Assembly (NCBI RefSeq): GCF_964204645.1 | Contig: NC_134030.1 | Location: 6,428,778 to 6,492,777, forward strand | Direction: 5' to 3' | DNA length: 64,000 bases | Source of the DNA: Tubulanus polymorphus | Lineage: Eukaryota > Animalia > Nemertea | In this document: piece after piece, positions 52,306 to 64,000 of the stretch | Layout of the letters: each line of letters opens with the position of its first letter | How positions within the stretch are numbered: the stretch's first letter is position 1 | Position numbers and translations under genes: made by a program | The notes under the pieces: model-generated | The model's input: only the letters and a program-made list of their open reading frames with translations | Database searches by the model: none | What the model was told of the DNA's origin: nothing

Positions 52306-55300
52306 ATGTGGACGATTCGAGCATTAGCCCTCGTGATTTTTATACAGTTTCTAATTCAACCATTCGAAGCTGTAACTACGAGTAAGTGCGAGTGAATTCC
52401 TTCTTCTACTTTTCGTCAACAATTCAACTAACCAATTTTTCTATTCGCAGGTGACATTGACGATGAATTCAATAAAGCAATTCAGAAACAAATGGGTAAG
52501 TTAATTCGTGTTATTCCAATTTATGACATTTCGCATTGAAACGCGCAATTACGATAATTACATACCTCGGTAGAAATGAATCGGTTTTGTAATTCCAATT
52601 TTGGGCATAAAACGTATAGGAATCCGTAAACTACTTCAAATGTTTTCTCTGTAGCGAAACGCGATGCGGATCCCGATATGAATGAACACGATCACATTCT
52701 GGCTATAAACGCAATCCACGCACAGCGACGAGCTAACGCAGATGATTTGATTAACAAAGTCAACGCCAGTAGGTTACTGATTACATAGCATATTCAAACT
52801 CGATTTGACTCCTCGCCTATGCAGGAAGTGTCTCTTACCTCTCCTGGCCTGTACCATAAAGTGTCTTGGTTAGGAACCGATGTTTCCATAATTCCATAGT
52901 TTCATTCCCTTCGAGATGAATATGCTCCTACGATGTTGCGTCGTCCCTAGTACTAATGGGGTAAATTCAAGACTAGCTTGTACGTTCTGTATTCAGAATC
53001 TGGTGTCACTGGTATGAGCGAAGGTGACATTGCTCCAGTTAAACGAAATAACGCAGACGATATCATTAATGAAGTGAACGAACGTAAGTTTTTTCATAAC
53101 AATTACGCAAATTGATGGCCTTGGTAGGTCGATTTCAAATGACTCCAACTCGAAATTGTGGAGATCTGGATCCTAAAACACATTTTCTGAGCTATCACTT
53201 ATATTACGACCATGCCCTATAATTATCAAATGTTTTCAATATTACAGATAAACCCCATCATACTAAATTATCAGAAGGTGATATTGTCACGGAGGAAGAA
53301 CCCTCTACCTTGGAGAGGCGATCATCAGATGCTGACCGACGACGCCTGTGGAAATCACGAGTAGTACCGTATACCTTTGAGTATTCCATTAGCAGTCGTA
53401 AGTTCCTATGACTTTTTTCAAAGACAAAACAAATTGATACGCTTATTGATGTACTGATTACATGCATGATATGGAAACTGTTTTTGCAGAGAAAAGAGAT
53501 GTCATAAAACAAGCGATGGCTGCCATTGAACGAGCTACATGTATTCGATACAGACCAAGACAAGGCAGTGATAAAAATTTCCTTAAGTTTTTCAGTGGAG
53601 ACGGGTAAATCTAGTTTCTGAATCTTAGCTTCAACCTTTAAATGAATTTTTGTCTTAGTTCTTCCGATTTTTCAGGTGTTACTCATCTGTTGGAATGGTT
53701 TTTTGGAAATCGTACGAGGGTCAAAAAGTGTCTATAGGAGAGGGATGTCAGTATGTCGGAACAATCGTGCACGAAATGACACACGCTTTGGGTAAAGTAT
53801 AAGAGTAGAATAAAATATTTGATCGTATTTCTCTTTAAAAGATACCACTTGATGATATCGAAAATTAAGCAATGAAAATATGTTCATTTCTATTGTACTC
53901 TGAATAGAAATTCTTGAATTTCAGGCTTTTACCACGAACAGAGTCGCTCGGATCGTGACAAATACGTCGAGATATTCTGGGAGAACATCGAAAAAAGTAT
54001 CTATACCAAACAATCAATATATGTGCGAAATTCTGAATAGCCTTGTCAAACTTTTAAAGAATTAAATACTGGTAAATGATTTTAAATCGTTGAAATAAAT
54101 TTCAGATGAGTTGATTGTATTTTCAGAACAACAACACAATTTCGACCTACACGCAAAATCTGAGTTACTCGGTTTGAACTATGATTTCGGCAGTGTGATG
54201 CATTACGGCAAAACGGCATTCTCTAAAAATGGCAAAGTGACGATTCAAGCTATCGGCAACCCCAACCAGAAGTTTGGACAACGCGATGGATTGAGCCCAT
54301 TGGATATCGCTGGAATCAACAAACTTTACGATTGTTCGACAAGTAAGATTTGCTTAGTACTAAAAATTCGGAGTATCATTAGTTTTCGATGACTCGAATA
54401 CGATGGTCGTATATACGACAGGATACTGACAATGATTCATTGCAATTTTCTTATCAACAAATAGAAGAATTGCCGCCCAACTTACATGCCTTGTAGAACA
54501 TGTTTTATCTCTTTGAACTTTAATCCGAAGGTAGTAGAAATGGAATATCTCGATGGTCACCGTGGTCCTCATGCGTTGGAGCCGAAAACTGCCAAAAGCA
54601 GAGACAAAGATTCTGTTTCCACAATAGTTGCCCGAATGTCGACCAGTATGGCGTTGAAACCGAAAGAGCACGATGCTCAACAAACCAATGCCGAGGTGAG
54701 AGGCCAAGCCGTAATGAAATGATTATCCCAACTTTTTCCTCGGATAATACACGGATACGGTGGAAATATAAATTTCAGCATCGATCAATGGTCATTGGGG
54801 ACGATGGAGTGGGTTTGGAGCCTGTGACTGCTCTGCCGGTACCAAGTCCAGAACAAGAAAATGTGATGATCCTAAACCTAGTAATGGAGGAGCACAATGT
54901 AGTGGATTAAGCAAGCAGAAAGTGTCGTGCAGGAATGAGTGTGGTGGCGGTAAGTGAAGTAATTCGTTTGGAATTAGAGTGATTCTTTATGGATTTGAAC
55001 TTACAGCGAACTTCATTTTAAATTAAGCAGGAAATAGAGGTAGCGGCAACCGCGGTGGATCATCAGGTAATGATTGAAAATGATTGTTCATCATGTTTCA
55101 GGGGCTGATTTTATAGACCAGCTTACTGGGTTTATCAACCGAATTGATCCTTTGGTTAAGTTGAAATAAAGGTCTATGAAAACGCCCACAGACTTTCTAC
55201 TGTCGTTAGAATCTTCGATGATATTTCATTTTTCAGCAGCAGGTGGTGTTTATGATACAAACTTCGAACGCGGTGTTGGTAAATGGAGAGATGTTGGTAG

Positions 55301-56104
55301 GATTCGCTGGATTCTGCAGCGAGGAGGAACGCCAACCAGCAACACTGGCCCGTCCAGTGACCATACTCTAGGAACGTCTTATGGTAAGCTATCCATAGTC
55401 TTCTACCAGCAGACTAAAGCGTTTTTATCAAAGTTATCGTAATTTGAGTTTTTTGATTTGACTCACCCCAAGTAGACGAACATGATATGACCTTTAGATC
55501 TCAAACACTAACTCGGTATCTCAAATTCTTCAGATTTGTCAAACTTGCGGGGTCTCATTTTCTTGCCCGGTTATACATGTATGTATATCATGCTGGAATA
55601 CGATATTCGTTATTTTATCTTTCGTAGGTCGATACATATATATGGAAGCGTCTGGTAGACGTTACGGTGATCAGGCTATCTTAGAACTTACAAACTATTC
55701 ATCGAGGAGCCAGAAATGTATGAAAGTTTACTTTTATATGTATGGCAGCGAAATGGGAAGTTTAAAGATTGCGTTTGAGAATAATGGCGGTTATAGAAGA
55801 AGACGTCAGGTAGTAATGTCAGTAGCCGGAAACAGGGGCCGTGGATGGCATTCGGTACAGATTGGAGTCCCACCATTACAGAATTATAAGGTAGGCTCTA
55901 TTCTTTATCGAAACAGACTTTTGATTCAAAATAAACTTTATACATTATCCAAATTCAAACCGATATTACATTGATTAACGAACTACACCGACTGTCTCTT
56001 GTTTACAGATTGAATTGATCGCTACTAGAGGTTTCGGCTCAAAATCCGATATCGCTTTGGATGACATCAAATTTATGGAAGGACGTTGCCCTAATAAGAA
56101 ATAG
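52306..56104 (+). CDS. Secreted astacin (M12A) metalloprotease: signal-propeptide-astacin-TSP1-TSP1-Gly linker-MAM, ~622 aa. Exons 52306-52381, 52451-52495, 52655-52768, 52997-53083, 53248-53397, 53490-53604, 53676-53791, 53925-53996, 54127-54342, 54531-54695, 54779-54949, 55031-55066, 55237-55383, 55628-55890, 56009-56104
   Basis: In-frame GT-AG joins give HEMTHALGFYHEQSRSDRD (zinc site), YDFGSVMHY (Met-turn), WSPWSSC and WGRWSGFGAC (TSP1), and TGPSSDHT...YIYMEAS...DIALDDI (MAM). AATAAA follows ~30 bp after the stop. Confidence 0.93.
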
Positions 56105-56227
56105 AATATTCAAATCAAATGTTTATGGGATAAATAAATACGTCTGTGTGGAATGAACAACTTTAGCTGTTTCTTAAGTTTATTTGCCTCAAGCTTTCAT
56201 AACGTATAGTTTCGGTCTATAAACCCA

Positions 56228-56300
56228 TCCACAGACAGCGAGATTGGTTCGTAACTCTTCTTCGCATCCTCCTTCGGCAGGTTCGAATACCGGCCTGGAG
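56228..56300 (+). other. Degenerate tRNA-like sequence with B-box
   Basis: tRNA-sized, TCCA...TGGA ends, A-box-like CAGCGAGATTGG, and GGTTCGAATACC; stems are decayed. Confidence 0.35.
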
Positions 56301-57227
56301 TAACGTTAGAGTAAAAGTAAGCGACGAAAATCTAAAGAGATGCGAGAATTAGATTGAGCAGCATTGAATCAACGATACCATTAATATAGGAAAATACGTA
56401 TTTATTTTCGGATGTAACACAATTATCAATTGGTTTTTTTATAAAAAATATTCTTAGATACATGTATATCATTAAAACCGGTAAATAGTTCAACAACAAC
56501 ACAGCAAATATTAACATGAGGAAATATACGAAGAAAAAGACTCCCGTCAACCAGAGATATCACTGAGAATATTAATCAAGGAGATCGGAATGGCTAGACA
56601 TAGACGAATAACAACATTATGACTATCGTTAGTGTGAAAGCACCACTAGTATAACCATAATATTTACAATCGAAATTTCGAATCAAGTTATAATCGTTTT
56701 TAACAACCATTTCAATCTGAACCCGACACAGCGGTTCAGTTGACGATACATTCTTTACATAAAATGAGTAAGAGTTTCTATTACTAAAACCATTGTCAGT
56801 TCTATGTTTTTAAAGCATGATAAAATACTAATATATTGTAAATACACGTAATTTGAAATACCATAAAGCCATGGAATGATGCAAGAAAATACATACAATA
56901 CTTTCAAGAATATTTTCATGTAAATTCAGCTGCATCTCTCGTACAAAAACGCGATAGAACATCTCCCATGTGAGGAGTAGTGGTAAACAGTTTATAAGTA
57001 TTGAGCAAAACAGGTAAAAAAAGTCCCTCTGTAACAGTTTTTCTCTCTTTGACATCATACCTTTACTACTTACTCTGACTAAAATAAAGTATACTGAAGT
57101 CAGAAAATCTACGGAGAGTTACCAAGGTCAATATCCAAAAATAAAGCTTTAAGGTTAAAACATTAGGTTATGGACCAGAACAATCACAAGCATTTGGTGC
57201 AAAATCGATGTAACGCCTACTTCAAAA

Positions 57228-58079
57228 TTACGATTTTCTCAAGCCTAATTCAGACACTTTTTTCTGAGCTAACGTCATCACCACCATACTCGTACCATTA
57301 GCCATAAAACTTCGAATAGTACCAGGAGCTAGACCACGATACAACGCAAAAAACCCTCCTTTTTCGCGTATTACAAACTTCAATCTCTGAACGACGCTCA
57401 TTTTCGAATCTCCATAATTTCCCTGAATTTGCGACTTCATGTATTCAAGCGGCCAAACCATCCACCAGGCGAGAGTCGCCGATACGCCTGATATCAAGAA
57501 CGGACCGATTAACGGTTTTTTGAACTGTTCCGGGAAATGTCTTCTCCCGCTGTCGACTAGGATGAAATACGTTCCCATTAATCCTATCGTTCTCGCCCAC
57601 GTCACCCCGAACCCAGTATACAGACCTCTCAGATGCCACGTTTGGTTCGTTTGTCGTCGGACCTTCGCGAATTCGAGCGGCGTTTCGATGATAGCCCGCG
57701 ACGTGGCGGCGATAGCGCCACCTATGATTACGCGTAGCTGAAGCCCGAGTGTACCGGGTAATTCGTATTTGCCGAAGTCGTTATCGAGACCGGTGTAAAT
57801 CGCTTCGAATACGGCGAATTGAGTCGATCGAAATATACCTGAACCGAACAGCGGAGGTATACATCCCCTGTATAGCCCGATAACACCCTGAGTACGCAAA
57901 GTCTTTAATAGAGTCTGCATCATTCCACCTTTATCGAAACCAGTTTGCGCTTGCATCTTAGTTTTTAACGTATCAAACGGGTGTCCTACACAAACACTCG
58001 TTGTACCATATAAAACGCCTACACTGAGTCCTATGATGCCTTCACGTATCCAGTGCGCCCGCTCTTCATTGTGCGTCAT
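57228..58079 (-). CDS. Mitochondrial carrier (SLC25 family; carnitine/basic amino acid carrier-like), 283 aa, intronless CDS
   Basis: Three Px[DE]xx[KR] signatures (PFDTLK, PLEFAK, PLEYMK) and GLYRG/GLYTG/ALYRG motifs. Confidence 0.94.
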   Translation of the reverse strand: MTHNEERAHWIREGIIGLSVGVLYGTTSVCVGHPFDTLKTKMQAQTGFDKGGMMQTLLKTLRTQGVIGLYRGCIPPLFGSGIFRSTQFAVFEAIYTGLDNDFGKYELPGTLGLQLRVIIGGAIAATSRAIIETPLEFAKVRRQTNQTWHLRGLYTGFGVTWARTIGLMGTYFILVDSGRRHFPEQFKKPLIGPFLISGVSATLAWWMVWPLEYMKSQIQGNYGDSKMSVVQRLKFVIREKGGFFALYRGLAPGTIRSFMANGTSMVVMTLAQKKVSELGLRKS

Positions 58080-58173
58080 TTTTCAGTAATCACCTAAAAA
58101 TTTCATAAATGAAATGAATTATTTGAATTACACACAATTCATATATAATTCGTCACATTCACAGGGAATCAAC

Positions 58174-58242
58174 CATGGGGCCTGACACCTACTTGTAGTA
58201 CATAGGATACTGGGGAAAAACTTTTTGTCAGTCAGGCCCGTG
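58174..58242. mobile_element. 69-bp hAT-type MITE with 8-bp target-site duplication
   Basis: CATGGGGCCTGAC...GTCAGGCCCGTG inverted termini (CA...TG), flanked by GAATCAAC at 58166-58173 and 58243-58250. Confidence 0.85.
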
Positions 58243-59099
58243 GAATCAACAAGTGAACCCATGATCTCGATAACTCTGGATATCTAAAGCAGTCATTGGC
58301 CTAAATATCATAGGCTTGATTTGTCTGCCCGTTAAGAAAAATTCCATAATTATTTCCTTAACCAGAAAATAATTCATAGAACTTGCCAGAATAAATTAAT
58401 TTGACTTTGTGTTGGGACAGTACCAGTGGTTAATAGAATCAAATCAATTCTTTTCCCTTGGGGGACAAATCTTTAAAAACGTTAAATGTATATTCTCTGG
58501 GGTAAAAACTGTCAGTATTGTATAATGACCTGATCATTTTCAGCCGAAAACAAGCGTAGAAATAGAATTTTGTAAAATTGACTAACCTTAAATGTGCAAT
58601 CAGATATTGACCGTCAAGTGCTGCCCCTATATATAACAATAGCGGTAAATATGTGAACTAATTCCACTGAAATCGATAAGCTACTGTGGCATGCGAGTAA
58701 TAGGTTAGTTCACATATTCGCCGTCAACGATATGTATAGAGGCAGCACTTGACGGTAAAGATTACGCAGGTGCTAGGTATAGCATTACACTCGGAGGTTA
58801 AATCTGTGAAATTTACAAACATGTGAGTATAAATCATGAATATTTGGTTATACAACAAAATTAAAGTTTCCAGGTCATTTATAACCGATATAGACGCGGA
58901 TACCCACAAGCATAGGCCTACATAGTGCATATTGATTAAATTCTTTAAAACAATTCAATTCAATGAATTCAATACGTCCTTTGCTTTGGCTTTATTGATC
59001 CATTAATGATGATTATTACAAGGAAGGAGCAAAAGAAGACATGTATTAATGTAAATAATATGAAGTTGTTCAAATGTTTCATAACATCGTTTCAGAAAT

Positions 59100-60033
59100 A
59101 TGACATCTACGGGTCCGAAATTAAAATTTGTGGTTAAGAATAAGCCGAGAAAACTATTTTGGTCGTGCGGTCCCGGAAGCGGCCCAAAAGGAAGGCTGTT
59201 GAGTTTGCGAAGGGACGTGACAAAATTGTTAAGATATGAAAGACTTGATGATTTACATTATAAGCGAGCGGATGAGGCCCGGCAATATGCAGAACGGGTA
59301 AGTAATTCAAAAATCTTTCATACAGATGAATTTCAGTGAACCTATTTGCAGGACAGATCATACCTAAATCTAACCTACATCTACGTTCTTGCATTTCTAA
59401 AATCGAAACAAATTTTTTTATAGTTGATTAGTTTGGCAGTGAAATATGGCGACCGACACAAGCCAACAATGGAAATGGTTGATCATTGGGTTTTGGTAAG
59501 TTTTATACAATAAAACCTGTTCTTTAATCTATGAAATTAATCCAGTTTGCAGATTTATCATCATTCAGATTGTTCTTCTGTGTCGTTGTAGGAAAAAGAT
59601 CTCATTCACAAGCTATTCAAGGTTTTAGTTCCAAGATACGAAAACTACAGCGAAAGTTTCTGCAACGTTTATTCGCTGCCTCGAGATTTACCGGGAACAC
59701 AAACTCAATGGGCTATTCTAGAATTAAAAGGTATGTTTGAGCGTAGCTATGAAAGCCTCACAATTCACATGGATGATGTTTGGTAAATCTCGATTCTATT
59801 CGCATTCAGGGAATCCATGGCCTCCAGTTTTACCGAAACAACGCAATTTCACTAACTCCCTGACGAATGTGCTTTTAAACGCAGCCAAAAAAGATTATTA
59901 CGAACAAAAAGGGAAAATAGTAACGAGCAGTACTACGAAAAGTGATGACGCTGATGAACTTTCCGAACCGATGGAAAAAGTGACAATCGGGAAAACTATC
60001 GAAATCGATGGCTCGAAGGAAACGCCGCTGTGA
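59100..60033 (+). CDS. MRPL17: Mitochondrial ribosomal protein L17 (bL17m), ~210 aa; exons 59100-59297, 59424-59495, 59592-59730, 59810-60033
   Basis: Spliced product contains LLRYERL...RADEARQYAERLISLAVKYGD...EKDLIHKLFKVLVPRY...AILELKGNPWPP, typical of bL17m. Confidence 0.92.
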
Positions 60034-60167
60034 ATAGGATATTTTCCTAAATCTTCAATAGACGGCTCCACTGTGCTTTCTTTGTTAATATAATACAACA
60101 AATAAAAAATCCAGAACATGTTTATATAGGAAAAATTGCTATTTTATTGTTTATTTTTAGTTGAGTA

Positions 60168-61170
60168 TCAAGATTCTTTAGTCATCAACTCCTGAGGAGA
60201 CTTTCCGATCTGTGATTTAATTTCATCGATTGAGATTTTGCCTTTCCTAAATTGTTCTTTAATCTCTTTTGCGATCGTGGCATCGAAAAGGTTTTTGGCT
60301 GTAAATTCTGATTGGACCACTTCTGGAGCATTGTAAGGGACATACGGCTTCAACTGAAAAAATAAAATAGATTATGTTTACACAGAGACACCCACCAGAA
60401 GTATTAAAATCAACGTTCCTTCATATTTTTGGGGGTATTTGATGTTTCCCCCATGAGCTAAATTATGGTAAATTTACTAACCTTGAAATCTGACAAATCG
60501 GGAACAATGAATTCGGGAACCATTTCTGGCACTTCTTGCCACTTGCCATTATCATCCAGATATCCTGTTGGGTAACTACCACCTTGAGCTATAAAAAAAT
60601 GCAAAATTCAGGAGCCAATTCAACTAATTCCTCAATTATTCAATCTAAAAATGAGTCAGTCAGACTACAGATTAGGTCAATTTCAGCATACAGATTCAAC
60701 GCAAAACCTATATCTTGGGCGGACAGGTTGGTGCTAACCAGTCAACTCAATATATCTAGCTAAATCAGATGCACCCACAGCAAATCTGCCGGTGAAAAAC
60801 AACCCATCTGATTGGCTTTATAGGCTGTTGGCCTCTCAACTCGGCGGAAACCTGTCTGCCCAAGAAATCTTTTGGACAATATAATTGAACCAACGAAGGA
60901 GTTTACAGCCAGGGTAAGTGTCAGCATAAACTTTAGTGGGAGACAATTAAACACTGGCAAGCGAGGATGATACAAACCTTGACCACGTCTTCCCCAATTT
61001 TCTCGAAATTCTCTGTTGCCGCCGGGTTTTCTTTCGTTGATGTGTTTAGCCGTTACTGGAAATCGCTTGTCATACGGAATACGGGCTTTTTTACTGCACA
61101 GGCATACTCCAGTTGAGACACCTCTTTTGCTCAGTTGGATATGTGGCAGCCTACTTCCCAAAAACGCCAT
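60168..61170 (-). CDS. MRPL41: Mitochondrial ribosomal protein L41 (mL41), ~161 aa; exons 61170-60978, 60588-60482, 60353-60168
   Basis: Spliced product contains [24 protein letters not shown] and FTAKNLF, plus a basic N-terminal targeting peptide. Confidence 0.92.
60713..60865. repeat. 17-bp inverted repeat pair in MRPL41 intron 1 (MITE remnant)
   Basis: TCTTGGGCGGACAGGTT / AACCTGTCTGCCCAAGA, 1 mismatch. Confidence 0.6.
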
Positions 61171-61730
<560 letters not shown>

Positions 61731-64000
61731 TAATTAATAGGTCGGTTAGGTCGTTCAGTTCGTTCTTATTTGGTCATATTCGCGGAAATACTTTCCTTAT
61801 AAGATAACCCAATCTACTAAATAATCTATCATTTTTTTTCTTAATCAAACCCTATTTAAAGATTGAAAACTATCTTGTGTGTGAAGTATGTGTGTGTTGT
61901 TTCAATTAAATGTCCACAAAAATGTCAGAGGGAGATGTATTCGACTCGGCGAAAATATTCTTTTTGGATCTTTCCGTTCTGCTTTACCATCAGGTAATGC
62001 CTTAGGCCACTAATGAGCTTCAATGTCTATCAGCAGACACAGTAGTGCAATAATCAAGTATTGTCAGGAGAAAATATTGACAGAGATAGAAATTGATGTG
62101 TCGGAATCTTCTCGCTTAATTAGAAAATTAAACTTCACCATCATCTGAATTTATCTTCGGCAAGTCATCTCCCAGTCCAGGTACCAGTTGCACAGTCATG
62201 TCCCCACAAAATTTCTCAAAACGTGAAACTGGTCTGGAGTTGTCGGATTGACCATAGAACCAAATTGGGAGTTGCTGCTGGCACAATTGATTCGTCAGGT
62301 CTGTTTTTCCCATCTCGGAACTAGATTGTTATGCTTGTCTATTCCACGGAACAATAACTTGACCTGTTGTTCCCGTCAATGTGGTTTCTGAATTTTCTTT
62401 GTCTCGTTCTTGGAATTGTCAGTGACAATCAGCCGAACCTAGCCTGGGAGAGCTGTCTTTTGTCGTACACACTCATTTCCCCTGATTATTCTACGTACAC
62501 ACTGCATCTCGATGCGAGCAATTTTTGCTCAGTTTCTCGTATCGTGCTAACGAAGGCACTAATGAAATGCCGCTGGTGACTTCAGTTGTCACGATTAACA
62601 GTTGACATTTCTGTAGCACTTGTCAGCTAATATTCATTATTACCCATTTCTATCATTTCCACCGTGTTCATCTAAAAAGAGAGCCAATTTTCGGGGAATC
62701 TTTTTTATTTGAGACTACCCTCCACCAATCGCGGGGTTATTGCGGTACATTAGTGTATATTCAGCATACGGGTATAATGGAACCTTATTGCTGTGCAATG
62801 GGGTCCTACCGGCACCACTACCGTGGCAATCTAGGATTCACTATGGCAGGTGAGGATCCGCCAGGTTTTGCTGGTGGTATTTTATTTTCCTACATTCGAT
62901 TCCAGTAAAACGATTGTCATACACTCATCGGCAACGTCAATCTTATATCTACGTGATGACTTGTTTGACAATATTTCCATTTGGAAGCCCACAAGTCCAG
63001 TACAAAGTTCATTAAAAATGAACTAACTTTCACTACATATAACTGAGTGTATTGTTCTGCCATCTGGTATGCGCTGGTGCCCCATTGATAGAAATTTGTT
63101 CCTGAAGTCTAAAAGTTGTCGAGCTAAAACCAAAGTGCCGAAGATAGACTTTTATTCAGTGTTTAGGCATTATTCCTAGCGCATGCATGTATGAATTGAG
63201 CCAGAAATTATTTTCTCTCATTTGGAGCAAAATTACTGTTTATCATGAAAACAAGGTTCCATTACCGCTCGACTTACTACATGCGCTATAAATTGGACTG
63301 TCGATATAACTGAATTTTGCCGACAAGAGTCAATATGCCCATATCATTTTGATTAAAATTCCCGGAAATGATTTTCTATGAATCCCTAGTAATTAAGGCC
63401 TCCACACCTCATGTGGTAATAAATGTAGTTCCATCGGGGTGACCGTTTTTTTTTTTTTTTTTATAATGGAATAATTTTTTTTAGAAGATATTATTTATCT
63501 TTCCTTTTTTTATGTTCGAACACCCGATGCTTTAAAGTGTAAAAAAAGGAACCTTTAACTAGCGGTGGTTGGGAAAACGTAGAAGGAACTTTTCGATATT
63601 GCGAAGCCACTGAAGGACGTTTTTGTGGTGACGAAATCGGCACTCGGCGGAAACGTTGTTTTATACGTGGTAAATGCGTCGTTGGTTTTAAGTCGTTTGA
63701 TTTCGTGTCGTCTGATGAGTTAAATTACGCGTGTATATTTCCAAATGAGTTGTTTTACTGTTCGTAATACAATCATAGTTGCATCGATGCTTCATCGATT
63801 AACGTGACCTTTTTCTCCATCCTGCTTTATATTCGTATTCGAGTCTTACTTTTTTTTTCTTTTTTTTTTCACTTGAAAAGATAGAAATTCAGGGGTGGAT
63901 CTAGGAAAATTGGGTCCAGGCCAGGGTCCTGAAGATAAGAAAAGGCATTTCTAGGGTCTGAAGCAGCCACGTTATTGGCCATTAGTCCTCGGTATTAGAT

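Noticed and set aside
53997-54126. GTATCT donor as a possible U12-type intron
   Set aside because: It lacks the GTATCCTT consensus and a U12 branch site.
54486-54910. ORF-track proteins of 78 and 63 aa
   Set aside because: Wrong frames; the real exons here encode TSP1 domains in another frame.

Overview
AT-rich, intron-containing animal DNA that looks invertebrate; the species cannot be determined from the sequence. Bases 1-27 kb are gene-poor: one intact tRNA-Leu(UAA), microsatellites, foldback/MITE-like elements and scattered Pol III B-boxes. Bases 27-64 kb are gene-dense. On the minus strand is a tau/MAP2-like locus made of a ~1235-aa spliced gene (huge disordered domain, ~1.5-2 repeats) and an intronless 525-aa ORF with 14 tandem 30-aa tau-type microtubule-binding repeats. 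Then follow an intronless UDP-glycosyltransferase and a tandem array of five intronless class A GPCRs (one truncated by a MITE, one spacer carrying a LINE 3' end, mosaic sequences). Next come a 15-coding-exon astacin-TSP1-TSP1-MAM metalloprotease with a repeated propeptide, an SLC25 carrier, MRPL17, MRPL41 and the first coding exon of a SIK3-like kinase. The best novelty candidates are the 14-repeat tau-like protein and its possible splice link to the upstream MAP gene, the multiplied astacin propeptide, and the chimeric GPCR array next to a UGT. All gene models were built by eye from GT-AG sites and reading frame; no database search was run.
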